A stretch of 62,980 nt of DNA, filler included, from Sphacelaria rigidula (lineage: Eukaryota), in NCBI GenBank assembly GCA_964200075.2. It is 11 parts of 11 records of this genome, joined end to end, with 100 filler letters (N's around TTAATTAATTAA, not from the genome) between each part and the next. Parts side by side here need not be neighbours in the genome. Positions count along the whole stretch, not along the records: positions 1 to 5,635 come from CAXNAA020025690.1; positions 5,736 to 11,370 come from CAXNAA020025691.1; 9 more parts are not named here. One strand, written 5' to 3'. Shown piece after piece: positions 1 through 10,850 of this stretch (the stretch's first letter is position 1; every line of letters starts with the position of its first letter). A program made the translations under genes and the position numbers. The notes below the pieces were generated by a model. That model searched no databases, was not told the origin of the DNA, and saw nothing but the letters and a program-made list of their open reading frames with translations.

Positions 1-75
1 GTCTTCCGTGCAAGAGAGAAATGCCACTTCAGCCCCATATTTTGTATGAACCCCAAAATATAAAATCGGCTGTTA
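1..75 (+). repeat. Dispersed repeat terminus, family ending ATCGGCTGTT(A/G)
   Basis: Near-identical reverse-complement copy at 34177-34251; related copies at 5736-5808, 22941-23133, 11550-11596, 38387-38500. Confidence 0.85.
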
Positions 76-404
76 CTTATCGTTTTGTCAGTATTAGCTC
101 GTTCACGATCTACCTCATAACAGCTTTTATATAGAGTGTTGGTAGAAAACGAGAATTGCTCGGGAAACTAACCTTAGGTAATTTGAAAGCCACCGCACCG
201 CACGGGAGTAGTTAGTCGTGTTTACACAGGTGCCACCATGCCCCCCACTTCCCCCCTGCCCCCTGCGTGCGTCTTCGACCGCCTCTATAAATAAGAATGG
301 CATGTTATGGGAGGACACCAACTGTTTCGCTTCGCCAGTGTTTGCTCCTTTACCATCCATCTCATAGTAGCACTCCGCGGAACTTCGCGCTGGGTGATTG
401 ATTG

Positions 405-501
405 CAAGCCGGGTCGGACGAAACCAAGCGTGCTCCGTCCGGGTTTTGTAGGGACGCGAGGTCCATGGTCATATGACTACGACACGGAGGATCATGAGTA
501 C
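405..501 (+). mobile_element. 5'-truncated LINE 3' tail (ATGAGTAC family)
   Basis: GTGCTCCGTC..AGGGACGCGAGGTC..ATGACTAC..ATCATGAGTAC followed by a C tract; aligns with the LINE end at 7070-7136 and with 22657-22755 and 55227-55322. Confidence 0.75.
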
Positions 502-2914
502 CCCCCTCCCCATCGTAGGATGAGTCGTCGACCCGTGAGTTATTGCCCCGGAAATATTTGACTCTGCTTCCGCTCATGCTCACCGTCACTTTACGTGTGC
601 CGATCACTCAAGTCTGTAATTACGAAGAGGCCAGAGATGCCGCAACGGAGGGGGGCACATGTGTCCACCTATCCGGCGTGGCGTGATTTCGGCACCGATG
701 GAATGATCGCGGCGGCGTGACCGAGATGAGCCCATCAACGACCGGGGGGTGGACATGGACACCACCTTCACACGCATGCAAGAGGGCTTACCTTATGGGT
801 CTACGGTACTTATCCGCGTGAGCGTGAGCGAAAACAAGGGCCAGGATATCGTCCCTGTTGTGATCGCGCGTCAAGCGCCATCCCCATCGAACAGGGCCTT
901 CTCCTCCGATGGCATGTTCGATGCCGGGGACATTATGGTGTGGATTCACGACATCCAACAGGCCACTGACGTAGGAGGGCGACGGTTTATTGTTTTCTCA
1001 CAGTCAGCCATGGGAACCTACGCGCTATCCCTGTTGCGAGCTTTGTGGCTCTGGGCATGCCGATATCTGCGTACATGACGCAAAGCAGGAGGGATCCGTC
1101 CACGTGGAAGCTGACGATGGTTTCGATTAAGGATGCTCGAAGCAATGCTGTGTTGATGTCCTTGAATCCATCGGGGGCCTTCATTGAACATCCTCACACC
1201 TCTCTCAATGCTTCCGATGTCGCCAGAGCCCCGGTGAGAGCGCACGGCATGTTTCCCGAGGGAACCGTGATCCAGCGGAGGATTCACGCGCCCATCGCGT
1301 ACGTCGAGGGACAGCGCCGTGCGACGCCCGCTTGGAAAGGAGCCAAACTAGTTGAGGGGCGTATCATCGGGCATTCATTTCATGACACTTCTCGCCGATA
1401 TTCGTACAAGGTGGAATGGGGCGGGGGTACGCCGAGGGAGCTATCCCTGGCAGATATTCCGGGTATGATGGACGAGGGCCCCATTGAACGTCTAATGTTG
1501 GCCCGCTGGTGACGAGCACCATCTCAGATCCCCTCAAACCCTCTGCGACGGCGATCCTATCACAGAGACGCACCTTTTACGCCAACAGTCTTGTGAGGCT
1601 GCCCACAGGGAGACCCGGATGTCTCTCCCACAGACAGGCGGCCCCGAGGATGCACAGGCAGGAAAAAATAGATGCGAGCCCCTCCGGTGGAAGCTCTCTG
1701 TGGAGAACTCGAGGAGGGGGGTCACAGCGTGCGGAAGAATGCATGTAACGGTGGAAAAGCCTTCATCTAATAAACAAGGAGCTTGCACGAGCAAAGGAGG
1801 GCGCTACCTCAGCATTTCACTGCCTCGGTAGGTCCCCACCCTCATGTTTTACAGCTACTCTATCTACGCCCCTAGCCAACGATCGGCGTGTGTCTGCGTG
1901 GGAAATATTCCTCACGGTGAGGACGCTTTGATGGTTGGAGCGTTGCCGCTGCTGCGATTGTTGTTGGAACACACGATCAGCACGACTCTTCCCGTGCACC
2001 GACGTGGTTCTAAAACCGGATAAGGCTTTGTGCGTGCCAAGCTTGTTTGAGGGATATGTTTTGAGAATACACTCATTATCAGCACTACATCATGAGCAAT
2101 CACTAACTCGTGGCACAATTGTTGCCCTATTTATGAAATCCTGTGGTGTGTGGTTTAGAGTCGATGTGAGGTGAAGTTCTTTGTGGGAGGGCTACGGCGG
2201 CATAACTCGACGGGGTGATGAGTTGGTTCAGAAACCACCCGAAGTTTGTCTCACGTTTCATTTGGGGAAGAATGTCGACAAGACATCGACCAAGGCTGCG
2301 GCATAGATGGCGAAGTAGAAAATAATTGCGGAACTGGCAAGGTTGTCGTGTATTTTTGTGACCCCGTTTTCAGTAGTTTTGACGCGATGAAGTGAGGTGA
2401 ACATTTTTTGTGGAGGTTATGGCGGCATCACCAAACTTTACCCACAGCTGGTTCGAAAACCACCCACGTGGCTTTGATACAATACGGGTACCTTGGAAAC
2501 ACAGCACCAACGCTATGACATGCATCATGAACACAAGCGAGTCTCTCGAACAAGTGTCAAGTAGTTTGTGTTGTTTATTTAGTACCACATGATGATCGGC
2601 GTACTTTCAGGCGGTCAGAGTTACTCCTTCTGCGGGGGCGAAGGGGGGAGGCATGGCTGCATCAGTAGACGGTGCAACGACTTCGTCCTCAGAGCAGGTG
2701 GGGTTGGCATTTTTACGAGAATATTTGGGAAGATTAAAAATATGCAATCGAAATTGTGAGATGTTCCATTGAACAGAAAGTATTGTCATGTTGACAACTT
2801 TGTGTTGTCTGAGAAGATGCGATCCCTAATTTGTGAGCCGGTCGAAATTGCACTTTTTCCGGCCGTGGACGCGGGGGCTTCGCGGCATTACCGGACGGTG
2901 CGATGGTAGCTAGT

Positions 2915-3785
2915 TCAAAACCCAGCTGAAATTGTTTTAACGATATCTACGTAGTCACTTGAAAACACACGACCGACACACCGGCACGATAGTTGGTACG
3001 ACGCCACCACTCCCGGCGTGGACGTTGCTGCGATTCGAAACGGAGACGTGCAGCCGCTGATATGGATGGGGATCCCGGCTGATTCAGCACTAGGGCGTGT
3101 CGCAGCGACTTTCGTCTTGTGGACGAATAGCACCTTGCGTCCGAGAAGTGTCTTCTTCTGTTTCGTAGGTGCGAAGCATCTTGTCGCCTCTTTCGTGCCC
3201 TGTGTTCCGCACGCGTTTTACGGAGTAAAACCGGGTGCGCAAGCTCGTGAGATCTTTCTTCTTCGATCTATGATGGCATTTTGGGGTTTTAGCTGGGGCC
3301 ATGGTTCTCAAATGTGAATCATCATAGACGCTCGTCATATACACCCGTGCTCTCCCACAACTGCATAATGAACCCACCGGCGCTGGGCGGTGCCTCGAAA
3401 CGTGACGCTACGGGACGAAACTCACCACATTTATCGTCGCCATCAATACCTGAACAGTGCCTATTGTGCCGGAGAGCTCGTGTATCTCGGCATCGTTGGC
3501 CCCGCGCAGCTCAAAGCCAAGCTCGGGCGCAATCTTTTCGCAAAGATCGAACGAATTCAGGATCCGCATCTTTGCGACGCCGCCTTCGCCGTCTGACACG
3601 CTCTTGCCGGGACACGCGGCGAAATTGAAGGCTTCAAAATGAAGGTGTGGTGTTGGGCCGCCGACGGCATATACTTTGCAGTCACCGATGTGCGCGAATG
3701 ACTTGGCGCATTTGAAGTGCTTCCCGCAGTTATCACTAGCGGTGGTAGCGCGAGTCATGGGTACTGTGCCTACTCTCTCAAGCAT
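2915..3785 (-). pseudogene. Degenerate Sola2-like DDD transposase fragment
   Basis: SDNCGKHFKC...FNFAACPGKSVSDGEGGVAK resembles the Sola2 SDxCxxQFK...HGKGxxDGxGGxxK core; frameshifted downstream pieces carry ISG...LSCRC (SCxC motif). Confidence 0.7.
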
Positions 3786-3926
3786 AGTCAGTATTTAACA
3801 GCCTGAAATCGTTATTGAGGTTCAACATTTTTATGAGGTTCAACGGACCATCGAAGTTTCATTTAGTTTGTTTAAAAGGCTTTGGAGTCGCAAGCGGTTT
3901 CGACCACGTGACCATAACCCAGAAGT

Positions 3927-4443
3927 TGTTCGGTAGAGTTGAGAGCTATATGGCTCGAGCACCCAATGCTCAACCGAAAACGTAGAAGACAATCCCGCAC
4001 AGCGTCCGCTGTCCAAGATGAAGTAAGAGAACCAGAAGTGTAAAGTTGTCCTTTATTGTCTCATTCAAATCAGACCGCCCATGGGTAGGAAGGCACATGC
4101 ACACAAACAACACTGAACACGATGGGGGGAGAGATGAGCCTTCGTATCTCCGTCGAGAATCCTTCTCGAGCTACGGCAAATATCGCCTGTTTTATCCCGC
4201 AGAAACATACCGCATACCACAATATGACTCCCCGTCGTTTCCGGATCATTCGCGAACAAAAGTGAGAACAATGAACACTTTCAAGAACATTCCGAGAATC
4301 GATTCGAGCCGTCGTTCTACAGTACTATTCCTGGAATCACCAGTACCGTTTCCCATCGGTTAATCCGCCACATTTTCCTCCGATATTCTCGTCATTGTAT
4401 CCTGGATATTGCATTGACCATGAATGAAATCATACAATTAACA
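3927..4443 (-). mobile_element. Putative 3' LTR of the Copia element
   Basis: On the minus strand, PPT AGGGAGGG is immediately followed by TGTTAATTG at 4443; AATAAA near 4051; candidate end AACA at 3927 (this end is tentative). Confidence 0.6.
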
Positions 4444-4760
4444 CCCTCCCTGATTTTCCATACTGGGAGATCAAAGCGCATGTCGAAAATACGAATCAAT
4501 ACATAAAAAAATCAGACCACTTCGACCAAAAACCGTTTCCTGTTCCCGAAGAAACACAAATCACACCCAAGCCATGACCGAAATATAGTTTGGCCTTGGC
4601 TATGACACGAGTCTCGTAAGAATGCGCTTCGCTCCTAATGAGACACACTCAGTTACAACCTCGCGGCCGCACCTCACTCCAAACGTTCATAGCTTAACGT
4701 CGAAAATACAAGGTCAAAGACTATAGACCGGTCTCACTTCAACTTTCAAGATTGTCAAAG

Positions 4761-5635
4761 TCACTTGATGTTCATCAGAACATTCCTGTGGTACCTGAGG
4801 CTACCAACAGGCGAAGGTTTCGTCAAAACGTCTGCGTGCTGCTTAGGAGACTTGACATACTCCACTCAAATGATTTGTTCAGACACCAATTCCCTCAGAA
4901 AATGATGACGCACATCAATGTGCTTGCTGTTGTGGGAGCTTCGCGGATTTTTCGCGAGTTGAATCGCCCCCTGGTTATCCTCATGTACCGTCAGTGGCAT
5001 ACAAAATTCCTTCCTTTGCGGCTGCATAAATTTCAGCACCGCCTTAACAAACAAAGCATCCTTCACTACGTCGCCCATCGTTACATATTCAGCCTGAGTA
5101 GAAGAGAGAGTTACATTCTTTTGAGTGCGAGAGAAAAATCCTACAACAGCCCCGCAGAAAAATATCGCCCTTCCCGACACTGAACGCCGATCCTCGAATT
5201 TCTCATAGTCTGCATCCGCATACGCCACCAACTCGTCACTCGAACCCCTGGCATACGTGATTCCCAAGTCTACTGTTGTCTTGAGGTACTCGAAAATCCG
5301 CAACACTTTGCGCCAGTCTTCAGGCGTCGGGTTTTTGTTGTGGCTGGATGCAGTTATCACGGCGTCAGCGATATCCGGGCGGATGTTGATGGAGAGCCAC
5401 ATCAAAGATCCCACCGCCTCACGGTACCTTCCCTCGAAATCTTCTCTCTCATCCACCTTGGAGCCAGAAGAAACAAACGCAGGGGTTGCAGCGGTCCTTT
5501 TGATCAAAACTCGTTCAAGAATCCGCTGAGTATACGCAGTCTGAGACAATTTGAGGGTCCCTTTCTCGAGATCGTGTTTGTGCTTACATCCTGCGTACCA
5601 GACCAGCTCACAAAGGTTCTTCGTTGGAAAATGTG
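4761..5635 (-). mobile_element. Ty1/Copia pol C-terminus (RT end plus RNase H) with one in-frame stop
   Basis: YREAVGSLMWL..RPDIA, AYADADY, DRRSVSG, SSTQAEYV, EDNQGAI, KHIDVRHHFLRE; after the TGA at 4866-4868 the frame continues VEYVKSPKQHADVLTKP. Confidence 0.96.
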
Positions 5636-5735
5636 NNNNNNNNNNNNNNNNNNNNNNNNNNNNNNNNNNNNNNNNNNNNTTAATTAATTAANNNNNNNNN
5701 NNNNNNNNNNNNNNNNNNNNNNNNNNNNNNNNNNN
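5636..5735. other. Artificial contig linker (N44-TTAATTAATTAA-N44). Identical linkers at 11371-11470, 17106-17205, 22841-22940, 28576-28675, 34311-34410, 40045-40144, 45779-45878, 51513-51612, 57247-57346
   Basis: Ten identical 100-bp spacers carrying a six-frame stop cassette; the pieces between them are 5635 bp (x6) then 5634 bp (x5). Confidence 0.99.
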
Positions 5736-5808
5736 CTTCCCTGCAAGGGAGGGATGGGACTTCAACCTCATATTATGTTTCAACCCCAAAAATTAGGATC
5801 GGCTGTTA
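5736..5808 (+). repeat. ATCGGCTGTT-family repeat terminus
   Basis: Colinear with 1-75. Confidence 0.7.
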
Positions 5809-6119
5809 GCAGGAGAGTTTTGTAATTGTTTCGTCGTCGACGATTTTCATATCGTTTTTCGCGTGCCATCGGTTTTCCCAGCGAGCGGTTGATCCCAACG
5901 GTTAACAATCGGGAGATACTGAGCACCCGCTCCACATTCCGAAACGAAAATCGTCCCTGTGATCAATATTGAGCGATCTCCGACCTTGATGGACAGGAGA
6001 AGTGAGTGGTCGATTTTGGCCCAACACACGTTCCTTCTCGGCTCCTGCTTGATGAATATGTAAAAGTAGAAGAAAAAAAAGGGTCCGTCAAATCATTCAT
6101 GAGAGCGATCGGGGTTGGT

Positions 6120-7136
6120 TCACCCCCACTGTGAGACGTATACCCTGATGGACGTCATTGTACCGAATTTGAAATATGCAGGAGGAGTACGGGAGGGGAG
6201 TGTGAAGTCAGCGAGGAAGTTGGAGACGGTACAGATGGCAGCAGCTGAGAAACATACTGGGATGCTCGAAGACGACGAGTAATGCAGCTCTGAGAGCAGA
6301 GTTGGGAATGTACCCACTTGAACAGAAACATGAGAAGACGGGGATGGCAACATAGCTCCGACAAGATGCAGAGAAAGAGATTGCCAGCCACAGCTGTTAG
6401 GGCTGCATGGGGAAAAGTAACGAAAGGGCAGGCTGGAATAAGGGGGGATAGAGGAGTGGAGAAAGTATGGAGGGAGATAGGAGGGAACCAAGAAGAAATA
6501 CTGTTGTCCATAGGCGAAGGCGAGGGGTACAAGACAAACGTAGGGGACATGATAAAAGGGAGGGGAAACTAGCTGTCCAGACGCAAAGTAGACGAGGAAG
6601 AACAACTGAAGATACACGGGAGATTGAGAGAGGAGAAAGGGATGAAATCATTTCCACATGGCCTAGTGGATGCGGCGAAAACATTCAAACGGTCATTTCG
6701 GTTCAGGGACTCGGACCTGCCTGAAGAAGGTAAAAGAGACACTCCAGTAGTCGAGAGAAGGACGTAGATGCTTAGAAGTGCCCCTCTGGCAAAGCAAGAG
6801 AGCAGAATTCAATTTTTTGCCCAATCTGAATTATGCAAGGAGGAACGGGACGTGCTAGTGGGTAAAATGCTGGACGTGAACGCAGGTGGCATGAAATTGT
6901 TTGATACATTAGACAGCAGCAGAAAAGAACAATGACTATGGTGGGAGATGAATAATGTCACAGACGACGAAACAGGACGGGGAAAATATACGAAGAAGGT
7001 TTTGTGTTAGGTATGGAAGACCGTAATGAGCACCTGAATGTTGGAGGTGTCTCTATCAGGAGTAGGAACGGTGCTCCGTCTCGAAAGGGATGCGTGGTCA
7101 ATGGTCAAACGACTAAGGCAAGCAACAAATGAGTAC
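6120..7136 (+). mobile_element. Degenerate non-LTR retrotransposon (LINE) 3' fragment: RT thumb region and C-terminus
   Basis: Stitched frames read VIVPNLKYAG..KLETVQMAAA/ILGCSKTTSNAALRAELGMYPL..KRLP, a degenerate Cys-knuckle region (KCPSGK..ELCKEERDVL) and NVGGVSIRSRNGAPSRKGCVVNGQTTKASNK*; ends ATGAGTAC plus C tract. Confidence 0.85.
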
Positions 7137-7279
7137 GCCCCCTGCCTGTGCTACGCAGAGCTCGGTTGAGCAATTTCCGTTTATGGCTCTCAAACGTGCT
7201 CGCGTCGATAGATTTTGGGGAGAGAGGCAGGTCGTGCCCAGAACACAAAACACGACTGGTGTTGTTGAGGTGATACAGA

Positions 7280-7673
7280 CCAGGGAAATTGTTCATCAGA
7301 GGGTGTTGTCGTCCATTACTGGTCCCAAAAACACAGTTTTTCGGCCCTAGCGCAATGAATAGGTGAACATTGAAAACCACTCATTTTCATTGGTTAACGA
7401 AAATATTAAAATTGCTTCAATCGACCACAAATACTCGAGGGTTGGAACCTGGGATTGGGTATTCCAAAGACCCCCGAAAATCGGTCAGCCCTTAAGTTGT
7501 TCAGAAATGAGCGCAGAGAGGGGCATATTTCGGAATGTGAAGGGGGTGCCTAGTATCTCCCAATCCACAAACTTTAGGATCAAACGTGAGTGGTGGCACG
7601 CGAGAACACTTTTGAGTATCCCCGACAACGAAAAAACTACGAAAATCTACTATTTCAAATGCTCACCACTGTA
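7280..7673 (-). mobile_element. Diverged copy of the CAGTAG MITE family
   Basis: AAACACAGTTTTTCGGCCCTAGCGCAATGAATAGG and ACCCCCGAAAATCGGTCAGCCC match 42774-42985; ends CCACTGTA. Confidence 0.55.
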
Positions 7674-9428
7674 CACCCTCCATCTCTACTTCGGCACTCA
7701 CACACCCTAATATGTAAAGGTGCCCCGCTATACTGCTGCTACTGCCTGTACCTGTAGTGACTGTAAATACATGTCCCAATACACACAATACTACAAATGT
7801 ACTGTGCGGACGAACAGGGCAGCTCCGCGGCACGTCTGGATGCGTGATTTTCACAAGTATGACGTACAAAACATAGTCTCCCTGTGAATTTTATCTGCCG
7901 AGTATGTGTAGGAGATCTACTCACGTTATACCATATGGATAGTACGCACGGGGAGTGTATGTTTCCAACACGTGTAGATGGCATACGGGAAATTTCCGTC
8001 TGACCACATGTGACTGGCGCATGTCGAAAGGCTATTTTTCAGCTCATCCGTACAAAACCGTTGATGAACATCGAGTGTCTTCGGTTGTACAGCCTCTTAT
8101 GGGACCCATATTTAATATGGCTCAAAGTTATATCGTATCAGTACAAACGCATGAAAATCGTAAAGTTACGGTAGGCCATAGTTCCGTTCCACGCCGCCGC
8201 GCAGCTGATGCTGCCTAGTGAGATATTGCACAATACCGTTTTCTGATAGTGCATCTCGGAGTTGCTGTTTCCACCTAGGGTGCGGATGTGGTTGCAAAGC
8301 ATTTGCCGACGATGTTTGGGACAGCCCTGCTGTTTGGTGCAATGGAGGAGGCCCAGCAGAAAGATGATAACAAAACCTTGGCCCGTACCATGCACCTTCA
8401 GATGCCTTTGCACGCCGGCGCGCATCTACTTGACGTTTTCCCGCTGGTACCGTTGTATGGCACTTGTCCTTATGGTGTGTCTCGGCGTTATCGTAACATA
8501 TGGTGCCATGTAGACCGAGTGTGAATCGAAAGGAGCACAGCAGATGTGGTTTCCATATTTCTCTCAATTCGAACCCACCGTCTAGATTCTCTTTCATTTG
8601 TGACCTCCGCCACGGTGACATTTCACTCGATATTATGGAAGAAAGCACACTTTCTCAAAGAACTGACGCAGTCATGTACAACTGGAACGTCGCTGGAACG
8701 TGCACAGAGGCCGCAGATTGACCCTAGTAACACAAGAACGCCTGGGTGGGTTTCCGCTCAGCGGTTTCAAGCCTTGTCATAACTGTGTGGCACATCCTTG
8801 CTGGTATGATTACATGTCGGTAACATGAAAATTTTGTTCTGTACCGTCATTGCAGCACAGATGGAAAACTGAGTCAAGGTAGAGGTTTACACAGCCACTG
8901 CAATGACACGTGCGCTGAATACATGCCCGCTCCGAATTGTCCCGTCCAATGAGTCAATATGGCCGTGACCCTTCTCCCATGCCATGATACGACCGGTGCG
9001 TTTTTGCTGGCGCTGTTGAACATGAAAGCTGTCTCCCCTCACCACACGCGCCAGTTCAACTGTGTACCCAAGTATTTTGCTCATTTGATGTTCCACAGCT
9101 ATCGCTGATACGTGTCCTCCGGTTTTTTATCGTGCAAACCATTGTGTAGATGCTTTGTCCTGTGTCGCCTACGAGCCCTGAAATCGGTACTTCGACACCT
9201 ATCAATGTGTCACGTCTTCTTGGTATCGCTGGACATTAGTTTGACATTGACGTTGTGCTTCACATGTCCCCTGTAAGGTGATCACCCTATTATCGTACGA
9301 CATGGTGCTTGATGCGCTTCAGCTCCCTGGTGCAATAGTGTGGGGGACGTCCCCCTCGGTGGAATCACCTTGAGACTTTGGGTCAGCTGACGTGAACCGT
9401 TGTCTGAGTTAGATACAGGTAGGTGCCA

Positions 9429-10850
9429 CAGGCACCGTAGGTGAGGTAGGTACCCGGTACCGGTATTCGGGACATCTTATAACCTACCGATACCGACCCT
9501 ATCGGGTGTTTTCAAATGTCATACCTACGACACCTGCGATACCACGATATTTCGACATTTCAGTACCTACCGTACCCGCCAAACCCGGTATTTTCAAAAC
9601 TCATACCTACGATACCTACGAGCTGGGCCGCCCAAGATGCCACCAGGAATGTTGAAACGCGAGTCGTGCGCTCAATTTTGAATCGTTTTCGATGAAACTT
9701 TGACACGATGTACAGGACGTATGTGCAAAAACCAAACACTTCCCCCTATGCTTTTTTAGTTTTTGTGTTTTCGTGAGTTATTGGCAATTTTGTTCAGAAA
9801 AATGTTCTGAAAAAATCCGCCGCCAAAAACTCACGAAGGGCAAACACAATGAACACAGGGGCAAAGGTTTGGTATTCGCACATACATCCTGTACATCCTG
9901 TCAAAATTCCATCGTATTGAGCGCACGACTCGCGTCATCTCATCGACAACCGTTTCCAATAGTATATGGAGATGGACCGGCCACGGATACTTCAAACGCA
10001 AGTATGCTGATCAATTTCATGATTTCGATGAAAGTTCGACACGATGTACAGAACGTATGTGCGAAGACCACTTTTTACCCTCCTCCAGTTTGTTTTTTTC
10101 TTTCTTCGTCAGTCATTAGCAATTTTGTTTCGAAAGCAAAAGTTCTGCAATGTTCCATTGCCAAAACCTCACGATGAAAAAAGACAAAAAAGACGGGAGG
10201 AAATAAGGGGTGTTAGCACATACGTCCCCTACATCATGTCAGAAGTTCATCGAAAACAACCAAAAATTGAGCTCGGGAATTGCATCATTCTCTCGAAATA
10301 CGGTTCCTATGTGGAAATGGAACCTCAGCCGGAAGTTCGCCTCTGACTCGTCTCCTTCTGCTTTCGGCTCGGAGGTCTTCGCAAAGTGCTCGTTGGTTCG
10401 CACACTAGTACTGGAGGCCTTGACGCGCAAGGGACCTCGTTTGCGTGCCCTCTTAGATACTGCGCGCCTAGTGCGACATGTGTTGTTGTACGATCGCAGC
10501 TCGTGCGGCACCACGCGGAACAATCGACTGTAACCGAAAATCCAATTTCAGCAGTTTTCTTTTGGCTAAATCCGCCGCAGATGATACCCTCAACTCTCTG
10601 CACTTTCGCACTTGACTACAGTCTGGTATTTTGTTTGCATGAGACCTTGCCGGATCGCAGTGCTACATGAATTTGAAGACGCGCGCTGATTTGCCGATTA
10701 CCACGATGTGTCATGGTGGACACAAGTGGTGATACATCGTCTGTTAGAACGGGCTGAAGAAAAGTGAGCTTCTAGGGCGGCCGAGCTTGTACGATACCTA
10801 CGCATACCACGGTACGGGATATTCTAGTAAATACCGGGGGTATACTCGGT
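9429..10850 (+). mobile_element. hAT-like MITE (CAGGCACCGTAGG end) split by the insertion at 9620-10788
   Basis: 9429-9619 and 10793-10850 match the left and right parts of the intact copy at 36295-36727. Confidence 0.75.
9620..10788 (-). mobile_element. Non-autonomous TIR element (Sola-like) with two internal hairpins
   Basis: TIRs GAGCTGGGCCGCCCAAG / CTAGGGCGGCCGAGCTT, flanks CTAC / GTAC; both ends match 41694-44723 in the opposite orientation. Confidence 0.75.

Noticed and set aside
4866..4868. Programmed stop readthrough in Copia RNase H
   Set aside because: More simply a nonsense mutation (e.g. CGA to TGA) in a dead copy
5680..5691. Regularly spaced TTAATTAATTAA every ~5.7 kb as a biological periodic element
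   Set aside because: Embedded in N runs; assembly linker
8279..9120. Candidate host exons (also 12530-12765, 41613-41685, 45228-45338)
   Set aside because: Plausible splice sites but no recognisable protein motif or consistent gene model
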